Shown piece after piece: positions 16,589 to 29,239 of a stretch of 34,382 nt of DNA. Origin of the DNA: an uncultured bacterium (lineage in GTDB: Bacteria > Fidelibacterota > Marinisomatia > Marinisomatales > UBA1611); the NCBI GenBank assembly GCA_964648395.1, contig CAZYLQ010000006.1, positions 1 to 34,382 on the forward strand, given 5' to 3'. Positions within the stretch are counted from its first letter, which is position 1. Each line of letters opens with the position of its first letter. A program made the position numbers and the translations under genes. The notes under the pieces are model-generated. The model was given only the letters and a program-made list of their open reading frames with translations, was not told where the DNA came from and searched no databases.

Positions 16589-17554
16589 ATGGTACCGAGA
16601 TTTAAATATCATTTTTTACCCATAATCCTTATCCTTTTTTCTTGTGTAGAAAATCGAATTTTTATCCAAATTCATCCTGATGGTCAATCGTATTTCAGGT
16701 TTGAAAGCCATGGAGATTCTACTGATGTATTAGACAATGATTATTTACATCCAAGTTATTTGAACGGTTGGTCATCATCGGTCAAGATCATTAAACACGA
16801 TGATGATAACAATTTGGTCATGACCACAGAAGGAATTCTTTTGGATACATCAATCTTATTTTTTCATGGAGATGGGCTTCCATTGGGATATGCATTTAAC
16901 CGGTCTATATCTAAAAAATGGTTCAGTATTGAACATACATTTTCTCTCACCTTCTCAGGGAGACGAATAAAGGAAAACTATCCAAAATTATATGAAGCCA
17001 TTTTATCTGAAAAACCAGATTCACTTTATTGGCTCCCGGAAGCACTTACAGTTTTGATGAAAAAAGGTTTGGACGATATTTCTAGGGACTCCTTATCTCT
17101 AAAACAAAATATTTGGAATCAAAGACTGGTAAATCATTTACAAAACTCATTTGCAAAATTTACATCCATGGATGATCTGAAAAATATTCAAAAGGATCGT
17201 GAACTATTTTTGACAAACCTTTTTAAACCTTTTAAGATTGATCCTGATTTACCAAGTACCCTAGCCTTTGCTATGGAAAAACATGAAAAAATACTTAAAT
17301 CAACATTAGATCTAAATGATGATTCATTTGAACTCAAAGTAATTATGCCGGGACAACCAATATTTACGAATGCAAATAAAGTTATACATGATACACTTAT
17401 CTGGAATTTTGGGTTGGACTCTCTCCTCTCAGATGCTTATACATTGAGTGGAAAATCAGTTATCTATACTACAGATCGGTATCAAAAAACCTTAATTTCA
17501 GTCGGAATTCTGTTCATCATTTTAATGACTATTTTGATAAAAAGACGTTACTGA
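16589..17554 (+). CDS. putative lipoprotein with C-terminal TM anchor, unknown function
   Basis: 321 aa. Lipobox-like ILILFSC near the N-terminus and a C-terminal hydrophobic helix LISVGILFIILMTILI followed by KRRY. Confidence 0.6.
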   Translation: MVPRFKYHFLPIILILFSCVENRIFIQIHPDGQSYFRFESHGDSTDVLDNDYLHPSYLNGWSSSVKIIKHDDDNNLVMTTEGILLDTSILFFHGDGLPLGYAFNRSISKKWFSIEHTFSLTFSGRRIKENYPKLYEAILSEKPDSLYWLPEALTVLMKKGLDDISRDSLSLKQNIWNQRLVNHLQNSFAKFTSMDDLKNIQKDRELFLTNLFKPFKIDPDLPSTLAFAMEKHEKILKSTLDLNDDSFELKVIMPGQPIFTNANKVIHDTLIWNFGLDSLLSDAYTLSGKSVIYTTDRYQKTLISVGILFIILMTILIKRRY

Positions 17555-17559
17555 CCTCT

Positions 17560-17979
17560 ATGAAAAAACTAATTTATTCATTGATATTTTTACAGATCAT
17601 TTTTGGTGATTCTCCAAAATTTGGGAATGAGCAGATTGCCATTATGATGGATGAATATTTTCTTACTTCCAAATTAGCACCTGCGTTGATCGGTCACCGG
17701 TTTTATATTAGCAGAGGAGAAACTGTTCTTCAAATTGAGATTGAACCTGATATTAAATATGTGAATGATGCGCTGTTATTTAGTTTTAAGGCCATGAGCC
17801 AGATTGCTAATATTTCCAAGACCAAGTTTACCCAATCTGTCCTTGTGATGCATTTTGGTGATAATTCTTTGCCTACTGTGGCTAAAACTGATTTATCTTG
17901 TTCAAAGGAATTCTTTATTGATAGTATTATAAATGAAGATCAATGGCGTAAAAATTGTTTAACGATCGGTGCACAATAA
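17560..17979 (+). CDS. small secreted protein, unknown function
   Basis: 139 aa. Signal-like MKKLIYSLIFLQIIFG. Starts 5 nt after the previous stop. Confidence 0.55.
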   Translation: MKKLIYSLIFLQIIFGDSPKFGNEQIAIMMDEYFLTSKLAPALIGHRFYISRGETVLQIEIEPDIKYVNDALLFSFKAMSQIANISKTKFTQSVLVMHFGDNSLPTVAKTDLSCSKEFFIDSIINEDQWRKNCLTIGAQ

Positions 17980-18021
17980 TTGGAACAATCTTTTGACATA
18001 CTCCAACAATACAGGTGAATT

Positions 18022-21708
<3,687 letters not shown>

Positions 21709-21711
21709 CGA

Positions 21712-22035
21712 TTGGATATAACTATGATGCAAATAAAAGAAGTTGTGGGCGATTTAATTTTGATCGTTCTTGAAGGCCATGAACCCTTAAAGAAAATTGG
21801 TATCGAACAGGATAAAATATTCGTGTATGTAAATGGATACGATGAACATGGCATGTGGATCAGTCATCCTAAGTTTTCTGTTCCAAATGTTACAGGAAAA
21901 GGCAAAACTAAAACTAAAAAAGTGGAAGCATCTATCTTGATTCCGTGGGCATTTATCGTATCCATCGCCCATTTTCCAGGCGCAGAAGGATTTGATTTTC
22001 CCAGCCCCTTCGACCAACATATCGGATTCGAATAA
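21712..22035 (+). CDS. 107-aa hypothetical protein
   Basis: Globular-looking composition. Lies 3 nt after the previous stop and 5 nt before the ABC ATPase gene. The competing antisense ORF (21787-22182) is Trp/Cys/His-rich and overlaps the ATPase gene. Confidence 0.5.
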   Translation: MDITMMQIKEVVGDLILIVLEGHEPLKKIGIEQDKIFVYVNGYDEHGMWISHPKFSVPNVTGKGKTKTKKVEASILIPWAFIVSIAHFPGAEGFDFPSPFDQHIGFE

Positions 22036-22040
22036 TCCCA

Positions 22041-22967
22041 GTGTCCGCACCCGCCATTCAAATAAAAGGATTAACAAAATCCTTTGGGGATGTTCATGCC
22101 CTCCGCGGAGTAGATATGACCATTGAACAAGGGGAGTTTTTTGGATTGCTTGGTCCCAATGGTGCTGGAAAAACCACGACAATCAATATTGTTACGGGTC
22201 TTGTATTTCGAGATGAAGGCAGTACGGAGGTCTTCGGAAAAGATACCGTGAAAGATTTCAGATTTACGCGATCTAAGATCGGGATCGCTGCACAAGAGTT
22301 ATCGGTCGATTGGTTTTTTCCCATTGAAAAGTTGCTATACTATCAGGCCGGGTATTATGGGTTCACCAAAGAGCAGGCAAAACCCAAAATTGATGACTTA
22401 TTTGAACGATTAGGATTATCTAAAAAACGAGAATCCCGATTGCGACAACTTTCCGGAGGAATGAAACGTCGGTTCCAGATAGCAAAGGCACTGGTGCATG
22501 ATCCGGATATAATCATTTTGGATGAGCCAACCGCTGGCGTGGATGTGGAACTACGACGGGAACTATGGCAGTACCTCCGAGACCTCCACTCCCAGGGTAA
22601 AACAATACTTCTGACCACTCATTATATAGAAGAAGCCGAGTTGCTCTGCGAAAATGTAGCCATTATTCATGAAGGGAAAATCCTGAAAGAAGGATCACCT
22701 AAAGAGTTAACTCGGGAGTTAGGGAAAGCAGGTATCACAGTCCAATTGGGAGATGTAGTAAATGGTATGGAGTCCTATTTAAATGAATTCACATTCACCC
22801 AAGACGAAAACCGATTTCACTTTTCCGTGAAAGACCCCGATTCCGCTATGCCAGAGATTATTAGGCAATTATCGAAAGCTGATGTACATATCCAAAGTAT
22901 TGAGTCTAAAGTTTCATCTTTGGAAGATGTATTTTTGAATCTGACAGGTAAAGGAATCAACGAATGA
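22041..22967 (+). CDS. yadG: ABC-2 type transporter ATP-binding protein, YadG-like
   Basis: 308 aa, GTG start. Walker A GPNGAGKTT, signature LSGGMKRR, Walker B IIILDEPTAGVD. QAGYYG and LTTHYIEEAELLC stretches match my recollection of E. coli YadG, which has the same length. Confidence 0.85.
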   Translation: MSAPAIQIKGLTKSFGDVHALRGVDMTIEQGEFFGLLGPNGAGKTTTINIVTGLVFRDEGSTEVFGKDTVKDFRFTRSKIGIAAQELSVDWFFPIEKLLYYQAGYYGFTKEQAKPKIDDLFERLGLSKKRESRLRQLSGGMKRRFQIAKALVHDPDIIILDEPTAGVDVELRRELWQYLRDLHSQGKTILLTTHYIEEAELLCENVAIIHEGKILKEGSPKELTRELGKAGITVQLGDVVNGMESYLNEFTFTQDENRFHFSVKDPDSAMPEIIRQLSKADVHIQSIESKVSSLEDVFLNLTGKGINE

Positions 22968-23725
22968 ATTGGATTGGCCTTGGCACTTTGATCAAACGCG
23001 AAGTGGGACGATTCTTCTCTGTATATCGCCAAACTGTTTTGCCGGGGCTCATTTCATCCGGACTATACATTGTTATATTTGGGTTCACTCTTGAACAACG
23101 AATTTCCGAGATTCAAGGCGTCCCATATACCTTATTTATTTTACCAGGTCTCATCATGATGAACACGCTCACCAATGCTACGGCCAACACATCATCATCT
23201 ATGCTGCAAATGAAATTACTCCAACAATTACCTGATCTATTAACCGCACCACTATCTGGCTTAGAGATCTCATTAGCATACATTATTGGTGGAACGGTTC
23301 GAGGTGTTGTGAATGGTATTCTAGTTTTAATCTTAGGTGTACTTCTTACTGATCTTCCAGTAGTTAATCCCCTGGGAACTATTGTTTTTATTTTTCTCGT
23401 ATCCTGGGCATTTGCCAGCATGGGACTTATTTTAGGACAAATAGCAGAAAACTGGGATCAATTGGCGATGATGCAGAATTTTTTTCTCACACCTCTAAGT
23501 TTTCTGGGAGGTATCTTTTATTCTATCAAGATGCTCCCGGAATGGGCGCAAAGTATAAGTTTTATCAATCCCATTTATTATATGATCAATGGAATTAGGT
23601 ATACAATCTTGGGAGTCAGTGATTCTTCTTTCATTGTCAGTTTTTGGATGGCCTTGTTCCTGACAGCCATATTTACAACAAGCGCAATTCTTCTTATGCA
23701 AAGTGGAAAAAAAATCAAACAGTGA
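22964..23725 (+). CDS. yadH: ABC-2 type transporter permease, YadH-like
   Basis: 253 aa with about six hydrophobic helices. ATGA overlap with the ATPase gene. Confidence 0.8.
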   Translation: MNWIGLGTLIKREVGRFFSVYRQTVLPGLISSGLYIVIFGFTLEQRISEIQGVPYTLFILPGLIMMNTLTNATANTSSSMLQMKLLQQLPDLLTAPLSGLEISLAYIIGGTVRGVVNGILVLILGVLLTDLPVVNPLGTIVFIFLVSWAFASMGLILGQIAENWDQLAMMQNFFLTPLSFLGGIFYSIKMLPEWAQSISFINPIYYMINGIRYTILGVSDSSFIVSFWMALFLTAIFTTSAILLMQSGKKIKQ

Positions 23726-24441
23726 TGAGATGTTTTATCTCTGTCATTTTTCTTTCATTGGTTTTTGGCCATAATCCTAATGCAGAACTTCCGAATTGGA
23801 AACAATATTTCCGCCTTGGTGCTGTTCAGACCGAAGCATCTTCTCCCGGCCTTGCCAGCTACATACGCCTGAATCGAACCACCCCATACATCTTTCAGGA
23901 TGTCCGGTTTTATGGCCATTTTTTTAAAGACAATCAGGAAATTCGAGTCCGCCAAAAAACCAGTCGACGCTTCATGTCGTTTGACTGGTTATATTCATTC
24001 AACACCCTTATTTATGAAAAGAATACTTTCATTGATGTAAATCTTCGATACCATTTTAATCAAGGACTGGGTTGGCTCATCAGAAATTCTGCATTGGGAA
24101 ATATGACAGCCGAATTGGGGATTGCCTTCGATAATTCAGATTATTTAAACACAAAACAAAAAACATCCTATGCCCAGGGCGGGTTCACAGCTGATAAAAA
24201 GATGGGAAACTATGAAACAAAAATTGAAGTGGATTATTTTCATCAAGTCAGCAAACTGGTAGATAATACTGATCTTTCCAGGATACAATTAGTCGCTGAA
24301 GCCCAGTGGTCTATAAAAAAAGGAGTAGCCTTTATTATTGGATTTACAGAAGATTTGTTAAAGGATGAATCCTTTAACATTAATACCCCTTCAGTTTTCT
24401 TAACTTTTGCTTTTAAACGACCATTGAATTGGACATTTTGA
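23725..24441 (+). CDS. predicted outer-membrane beta-barrel protein (DUF481-like)
   Basis: The ATG at 23725 overlaps the permease stop (TGATG). Signal peptide MRCFISVIFLSLVFG. Alternating hydrophobic beta-strand pattern and a C-terminal ...LNWTF aromatic end. The ORF is open from 23644, but that part overlaps the permease gene. Confidence 0.6.
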   Translation: MRCFISVIFLSLVFGHNPNAELPNWKQYFRLGAVQTEASSPGLASYIRLNRTTPYIFQDVRFYGHFFKDNQEIRVRQKTSRRFMSFDWLYSFNTLIYEKNTFIDVNLRYHFNQGLGWLIRNSALGNMTAELGIAFDNSDYLNTKQKTSYAQGGFTADKKMGNYETKIEVDYFHQVSKLVDNTDLSRIQLVAEAQWSIKKGVAFIIGFTEDLLKDESFNINTPSVFLTFAFKRPLNWTF

Positions 24442-25904
24442 TGAAAAATATATTTCTCATTTTTATATTCATTTTTTCTATGGGTTTCCCCCAGGAACTG
24501 GATGAAGACATTACTTTAGAAAAAAAATGGCTCATGATTTTGCCTGCATCCCAGGAAAAGCATGGACCTGTAGCAGATAAAGTTACTTCCATTATTGCTG
24601 ATGCCGCTACATCGGTAGGGCGGTTTGAAGTGATTGACCGCAACCTTGTGGATGAAATCCTGGAGGAGCAGGCATTCCAAATGTCCGGCATAGTCTCAGA
24701 TGAACAAGTGGTGGAATTCGGTGAGATGGCTGCAGCAGAAGAAGCTCTCATTATCAATATTGTTCATTTCGGGCAAAAAGGTGTTCCTAAACCAAAAAAG
24801 GGAGATGATGATGACAAAGATGATGATGACAAAGATGAAACATTATTTTCCTGGGTGGTCAAAAAAACGGTTACGGCGGCGGTTGACAATACCAAAAGCG
24901 CAAAAGAAAAAAGACGACTTGAATTAGAAAACAATATTCATACAATTATTAACGCGAATGTGCGATTGGTGAATGTGGAAACGGGGGTTTCAGAAAAATC
25001 CTTTAAATTGGGTGCAAGTCACACGGGTGGCAACCGGGATGCTTCACTGGAGAAAACGCTATCTAATCTCACCCTTCAAGTTCGCAGTAAATTGAAAGAA
25101 CTTTACATGATTACCAGCGAAGTCATGGAAGTGGATGGTAAAACCATTTCTATTTTGTCTGGTGAAAACCTGGGGCTTGAAAAAGGAGATTTTTTTGAGA
25201 TTGCTTCTAAAGATAAACAAAAAACTTATAAAGGGAGAACCATTACTTTACCAGGGAAAACCAGGGGGCTAGCTCGTATTACGGAGGTGGGGCCTGACGC
25301 AAGTAAAGCAAAAATTGTAAGAAAATGGCGAAAAGTGAAAGAAGGACATAAAGCGTATGAAATGTTGACAAACCCATATATTGCGGATTTGAGTTTATCT
25401 TATGGCCCCTTGCCTCATTATGATTTAACAGGGAAATTATTGATTAATCCCCTCGGGTTTATATCTGGGAGTCTGAACGGGCATTTTGGTTTCATACAGG
25501 ATTCCAGAGATAAAATGGATAGTTATTTGGGGATGGGTGGTTCATTGGATTTCAATTTATTCTCGGGATTTGGCTCAACTATTTCAACGTCTCTTGATAT
25601 ACCTTTTTGCCTGACGTTTACAAAAGATGATAAAAACCATTCTGTTAATAGCGGATTAGTGATGCCAGCAGCTAGATTGAATTTGGGTGTTCAAGTTGGA
25701 AAACATTGGGATCTTGTTTTATCAATGAAAAATATTCTGCATACCAATGACCAGGATTGGACTTATTCAGTTAAAACAGGTGAAAAAGATGATAATGGAA
25801 ATGATGAGACTGAGCGGGTAGATGCTATTTGGAATGGAAGCGCTCCCACGATTAATCCTACAGGATTAATCTTTTCAGTTTCATTGAGACGTTATTGGTT
25901 TTAA
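24441..25904 (+). CDS. envelope protein: N-terminal CsgG/LpoB-like domain, acidic insert, C-terminal beta-barrel-like region
   Basis: The ATG at 24441 overlaps the previous stop (TGATG). Signal MKNIFLIFIFIFSMG. GRFEVIDRNLVDEILEEQAFQMSGIVSD resembles the CsgG-family pattern (F-x-V-x-[DE]-R..L..L.E). The protein ends in ...LRRYWF. Confidence 0.6.
   Translation: MKNIFLIFIFIFSMGFPQELDEDITLEKKWLMILPASQEKHGPVADKVTSIIADAATSVGRFEVIDRNLVDEILEEQAFQMSGIVSDEQVVEFGEMAAAEEALIINIVHFGQKGVPKPKKGDDDDKDDDDKDETLFSWVVKKTVTAAVDNTKSAKEKRRLELENNIHTIINANVRLVNVETGVSEKSFKLGASHTGGNRDASLEKTLSNLTLQVRSKLKELYMITSEVMEVDGKTISILSGENLGLEKGDFFEIASKDKQKTYKGRTITLPGKTRGLARITEVGPDASKAKIVRKWRKVKEGHKAYEMLTNPYIADLSLSYGPLPHYDLTGKLLINPLGFISGSLNGHFGFIQDSRDKMDSYLGMGGSLDFNLFSGFGSTISTSLDIPFCLTFTKDDKNHSVNSGLVMPAARLNLGVQVGKHWDLVLSMKNILHTNDQDWTYSVKTGEKDDNGNDETERVDAIWNGSAPTINPTGLIFSVSLRRYWF
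24804..24833 (+). repeat. tandem 15-nt repeat GATGATGATGACAAA x2 (encodes DDDDK-DDDDK)
   Basis: Two perfect copies followed by a partial third (GATGA), in frame inside CDS 24441-25904. Confidence 0.9.
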
Positions 25905-25940
25905 AAATTAAACGTAAATATTTAATGACTTTATTACATT

Positions 25941-26312
25941 TTATTGGGGAGGTTCGTAAAAGGCTAGCAGATTCCCATCCAAATCTGAAAACGCCGCCCA
26001 GTGCCCAACAGACTCATTCACAAACGATCTGGGAACAAGCACTTCTCCCCTGGCTTCTTCTACACGTTCTAAGTAAGGATTAATTCCGGAACTCCCATCA
26101 AAATAAAGCATGACGCCACTATGTTCCGGCGCTTCGTATTCTTCATCTTCTACTAAAGCACCATTCACTCCTTCATCAGGAATAATGCCCATAGGAGGAT
26201 ATCCTTCCACCTCTTCTTTGCGGATATTCGTTTGTAAAACGTGGTCGTAGAATTTTTTGGCTCGGTCCAAATCGACTACATTGATCTCAAACCAAATAAT
26301 TGTATTTTTCAT
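25941..26312 (-). CDS. VOC (glyoxalase/bleomycin-resistance/dioxygenase) family protein
   Basis: 123 aa. N-terminal WFEINVVDLDRAKKFYDHVL and C-terminal GHWAAFSDLDGNLLAFYE are typical of the VOC fold. Confidence 0.75.
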   Translation of the reverse strand: MKNTIIWFEINVVDLDRAKKFYDHVLQTNIRKEEVEGYPPMGIIPDEGVNGALVEDEEYEAPEHSGVMLYFDGSSGINPYLERVEEARGEVLVPRSFVNESVGHWAAFSDLDGNLLAFYEPPQ

Positions 26313-26314
26313 AC

Positions 26315-29239
26315 CTAAAACGGATTAATAAGCGTCATTTGGAAATAAGGATCAGGAGAACCATCGGACCATTTATTATTCTCTTGTGCCCAGCCATAAC
26401 TAAAAATAAACAAAGGCAATTTTGCCAAGGATAATGCAAACCGAAATTCTAAACCAGTTGTCCAAATCAGGTCTTTCTTATCTCCGTCATTATTCCAGGC
26501 ATTTCCAAAATCGGAAATGAGCGCAACTGTTGGATTACCCAATTGGATTATCTTTAATATTTCAACAAATTGAAACGGTGCTGCAGGGGCTCGCAATTCA
26601 ACCGTCCCCATAAATGCCTGATCTCCATATCTTGCTCCGGAAAAACCACGAGGGCTCATATATTCACGTCCTGGGACAAAACTTCCTGCAATGTAATAAT
26701 TAGGGATATCAAAAATTCCCAATGTATCTTGTGCAAGTGGTTTGCCAGATAATTTTTCATAACGACCGCGAGCATAGAAAGATAAGGGGCCTGCTTTTAG
26801 ATGTCCAAATAAATCTATTTCTGTCTTATTATAATCCTTATCGCCCCAAATGGCTGACGTTACCATATCATGATTCACACTAAATCCATAGCCATGGTTC
26901 GGGGCAAACATATTCCGCCTGTGAATTCGTTGATTTTTGAATATGTAATTCAGTGATAGCATCCCTTCCTTTCCACTTTCAGGTGTGTGAAATACATCTG
27001 AAGAATCTTCGAATGGTTCTCCCGTCTGATCAAATGCCTGTCGATCCATTAGCCCCAATGCAATACCGATAGAATGATTTGCCGCTCTGGAATTACCAAA
27101 GTTGTAAGGCATCATCCACCAAAAAGATGTTCCATTAAATAATTCAAGGAGAGGCACCTGATCCCGATTATAGAACTGGAATGTGAAAAACAAATCTTTG
27201 TAATAATTCACTCCCCAAGATCCGCCGAAAGGGAACCCCGTATTATTAATATATTGGATTAAAGTTCCAAATAAGGAATCATAGTCCGTAATAAATAGTC
27301 CGCCTAACACATGCCGGCCCATGCCATCTGTAAATGCTGATTCTAAAAATAGGCTTTGGACGTCTGGTAATACCACTGACCCCACATGGGATATATGTTT
27401 ATAAAATTTATAGGGCGTTTCACTGTGAATTTTAACATCTAATTTAGAATTAATATTCTCCATAGGATGATCCGGTGCCTTTGTTCGCCATGAAGAAAAT
27501 GCAGGATTCATTTTCACTTCCCTTTTGTCGGCTAACCGGGACGGATCAATATCTACCACACGAGAAGAGTCTGTTGTCCTTAACGTAAGGCCGGTGATGC
27601 TTGAAGTTTCATGGTTCCAAACTGCACCAATGACAACGTCTCCAATATCTGTATTCTGGATTGTTTCACCTGTTTCAAGATCATGGGTGTATAGATTAGG
27701 TGTGTAATCATAAAGACCTGTATAAGATATTTTTTTTCCATCCGGGTGCCAAATCGGAGCATAATCTCCTTCATGGCTATCCGTAATCTGGCTTACACGT
27801 CCTGTTTCAAGATCCATAATATGAAGATCCATCAATCCATCAGGATCCGACTGAGCAAAGGCAATGGCCTTCCCATCTGGGCGCCACATGGGTGTAATGA
27901 TCTGGGTATCTCCTTGATTCAATGATAAAGGTTTAATATCACTACCGTCTGCATTCATGGTATAAAGTTGGGTTGTTGAGTTCTCGTGGGCGACAAAAAC
28001 TATCTTGCTGCCGTCAGGGGAGTATTGGGGATAATTCGCACGCATGTTCGGGGTAAGTAATGTCTTTTTCTTGGATTCGATATCTAACTTCCAAATTCCA
28101 AACTGGAGAGATTGGTGTTGACCAAATCTATATTTAGGATATAGGATGGATTCTCCATCTGGGGCAACATCCAGGTTTTGTATCAATTCGCCAAATATGC
28201 CATGGTCAAATTCTTTTATTTTCCATTTGGGTTTTACTTTTTTTGGTTTTTCACCTTTTTTTTCTGCTTTTTCAACTCTCTTTTTCCATTCTTTATTTTC
28301 TTTGGCAGTGTCCCGTGTGGCCACCACTAAGGATAGATCTCCCTGGCCTTTTGAAAGTTGCCCAACCATAGCCACACGCAGTGAATCATTGAAATAATCA
28401 AACGCTGCCATTCTTTTCAAAGGTAGTTTGTGTACTTTACCTACATCTTCTACCCGTTCTTTTTGGGCGCGCTGGCCAAAGAAAAATGTATTCATGTGCC
28501 TGCGCCAATCTTCATTGAATTGTTTCAGTTTCAGGCCGGTATGTTTCTTAAAGGATTTTTTAAAATCCAGCAATTTTGCATTATTCCGATCACTTAGAAT
28601 TTTAACAATGGTGGAGTCCCCAAAACGGTCAGCAAGATAGAGGCTTTTAGAAAAACCATCATTATGAGGATCTTGAATCTTGTGTACCGTATTTCCAATC
28701 ACATGTCCTTTATGAGAAATATCATACCGAAATGGCCTCCATTTTTCTGTATAATATTCCGCCAAACCCTCCACCACCCAACCGGGGACACCAGCGTAAA
28801 TTGCATTCATAGGTTCTGGTAGCCATGTTTTGACCGTATTGAAAAAGACCAAATGCTGAAGTTCATGGGCTAATACCGTCCGCATCCATTTTTCATCTCC
28901 CGACCACAAAGCTGCATCATTTTGATCTACCCAAATGACAGTGTGGTTACTGGGCATGGCGAATCCATTCAGCACTTCATCTTCGGTGGTAAAAACAATA
29001 TCCAACCTGCGGAGTGTGTCCAGGCCCATTTGTTCCATTAATATGGAGCGTACCTGTTCAGCGATGGATGCACCCTGAACTGCAATGTCCCGAATCTCCT
29101 CATGGTAATGCACATCAAAATGGTCCGTTTCTATGGTGTGCCAATTTAATTCAGGATGGGTCCTACCACTCATCATCCAGGCACCAGTGCCATGAAGTAA
29201 ACTTGTTGCTAAAATCAACACGGTTGTAAAATATTTCAT
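26315..29239 (-). CDS. 974-aa secreted fusion: MA-clan zinc peptidase-like domain, PD40/TolB-like beta-propeller, Omp85-type C-terminal beta-barrel
   Basis: Signal peptide. HELQH followed by GWVVEGLAEYY (Peptidase_MA_2-like). Lys-rich linker. At least four PD40-like repeats (YSPDGSKIVF, WRPDGKAIAF, WHPDGKKISY, APDGESILY). C-terminus has ISDFGNAW...GLEFRF...TLINPF, as in bacterial surface antigen (Omp85) barrels. Confidence 0.8.
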   Translation of the reverse strand: MKYFTTVLILATSLLHGTGAWMMSGRTHPELNWHTIETDHFDVHYHEEIRDIAVQGASIAEQVRSILMEQMGLDTLRRLDIVFTTEDEVLNGFAMPSNHTVIWVDQNDAALWSGDEKWMRTVLAHELQHLVFFNTVKTWLPEPMNAIYAGVPGWVVEGLAEYYTEKWRPFRYDISHKGHVIGNTVHKIQDPHNDGFSKSLYLADRFGDSTIVKILSDRNNAKLLDFKKSFKKHTGLKLKQFNEDWRRHMNTFFFGQRAQKERVEDVGKVHKLPLKRMAAFDYFNDSLRVAMVGQLSKGQGDLSLVVATRDTAKENKEWKKRVEKAEKKGEKPKKVKPKWKIKEFDHGIFGELIQNLDVAPDGESILYPKYRFGQHQSLQFGIWKLDIESKKKTLLTPNMRANYPQYSPDGSKIVFVAHENSTTQLYTMNADGSDIKPLSLNQGDTQIITPMWRPDGKAIAFAQSDPDGLMDLHIMDLETGRVSQITDSHEGDYAPIWHPDGKKISYTGLYDYTPNLYTHDLETGETIQNTDIGDVVIGAVWNHETSSITGLTLRTTDSSRVVDIDPSRLADKREVKMNPAFSSWRTKAPDHPMENINSKLDVKIHSETPYKFYKHISHVGSVVLPDVQSLFLESAFTDGMGRHVLGGLFITDYDSLFGTLIQYINNTGFPFGGSWGVNYYKDLFFTFQFYNRDQVPLLELFNGTSFWWMMPYNFGNSRAANHSIGIALGLMDRQAFDQTGEPFEDSSDVFHTPESGKEGMLSLNYIFKNQRIHRRNMFAPNHGYGFSVNHDMVTSAIWGDKDYNKTEIDLFGHLKAGPLSFYARGRYEKLSGKPLAQDTLGIFDIPNYYIAGSFVPGREYMSPRGFSGARYGDQAFMGTVELRAPAAPFQFVEILKIIQLGNPTVALISDFGNAWNNDGDKKDLIWTTGLEFRFALSLAKLPLFIFSYGWAQENNKWSDGSPDPYFQMTLINPF
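28853..28867 (-). other. HExxH zinc-binding motif codons (H-E-L-Q-H)
   Basis: The reverse complement reads CAT GAA CTT CAG CAT. Confidence 0.85.

Noticed and set aside
21787-22182. 131-aa minus-strand ORF overlapping both the 107-aa ORF and the start of the ABC ATPase gene.
   Set aside because: It is rich in Trp, Cys, His and Phe, and it overlaps the Walker A region of a clear ATPase gene. The plus-strand 107-aa ORF fits the operon spacing better.
24795-24842. The DDDDK-DDDDK sequence resembles enterokinase or FLAG-type engineered tag sites.
   Set aside because: There is no DYK prefix, vector sequence or cloning scars, and the codon-level tandem repeat sits within a natural low-complexity acidic loop. 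I interpret it as native slippage, not engineering.
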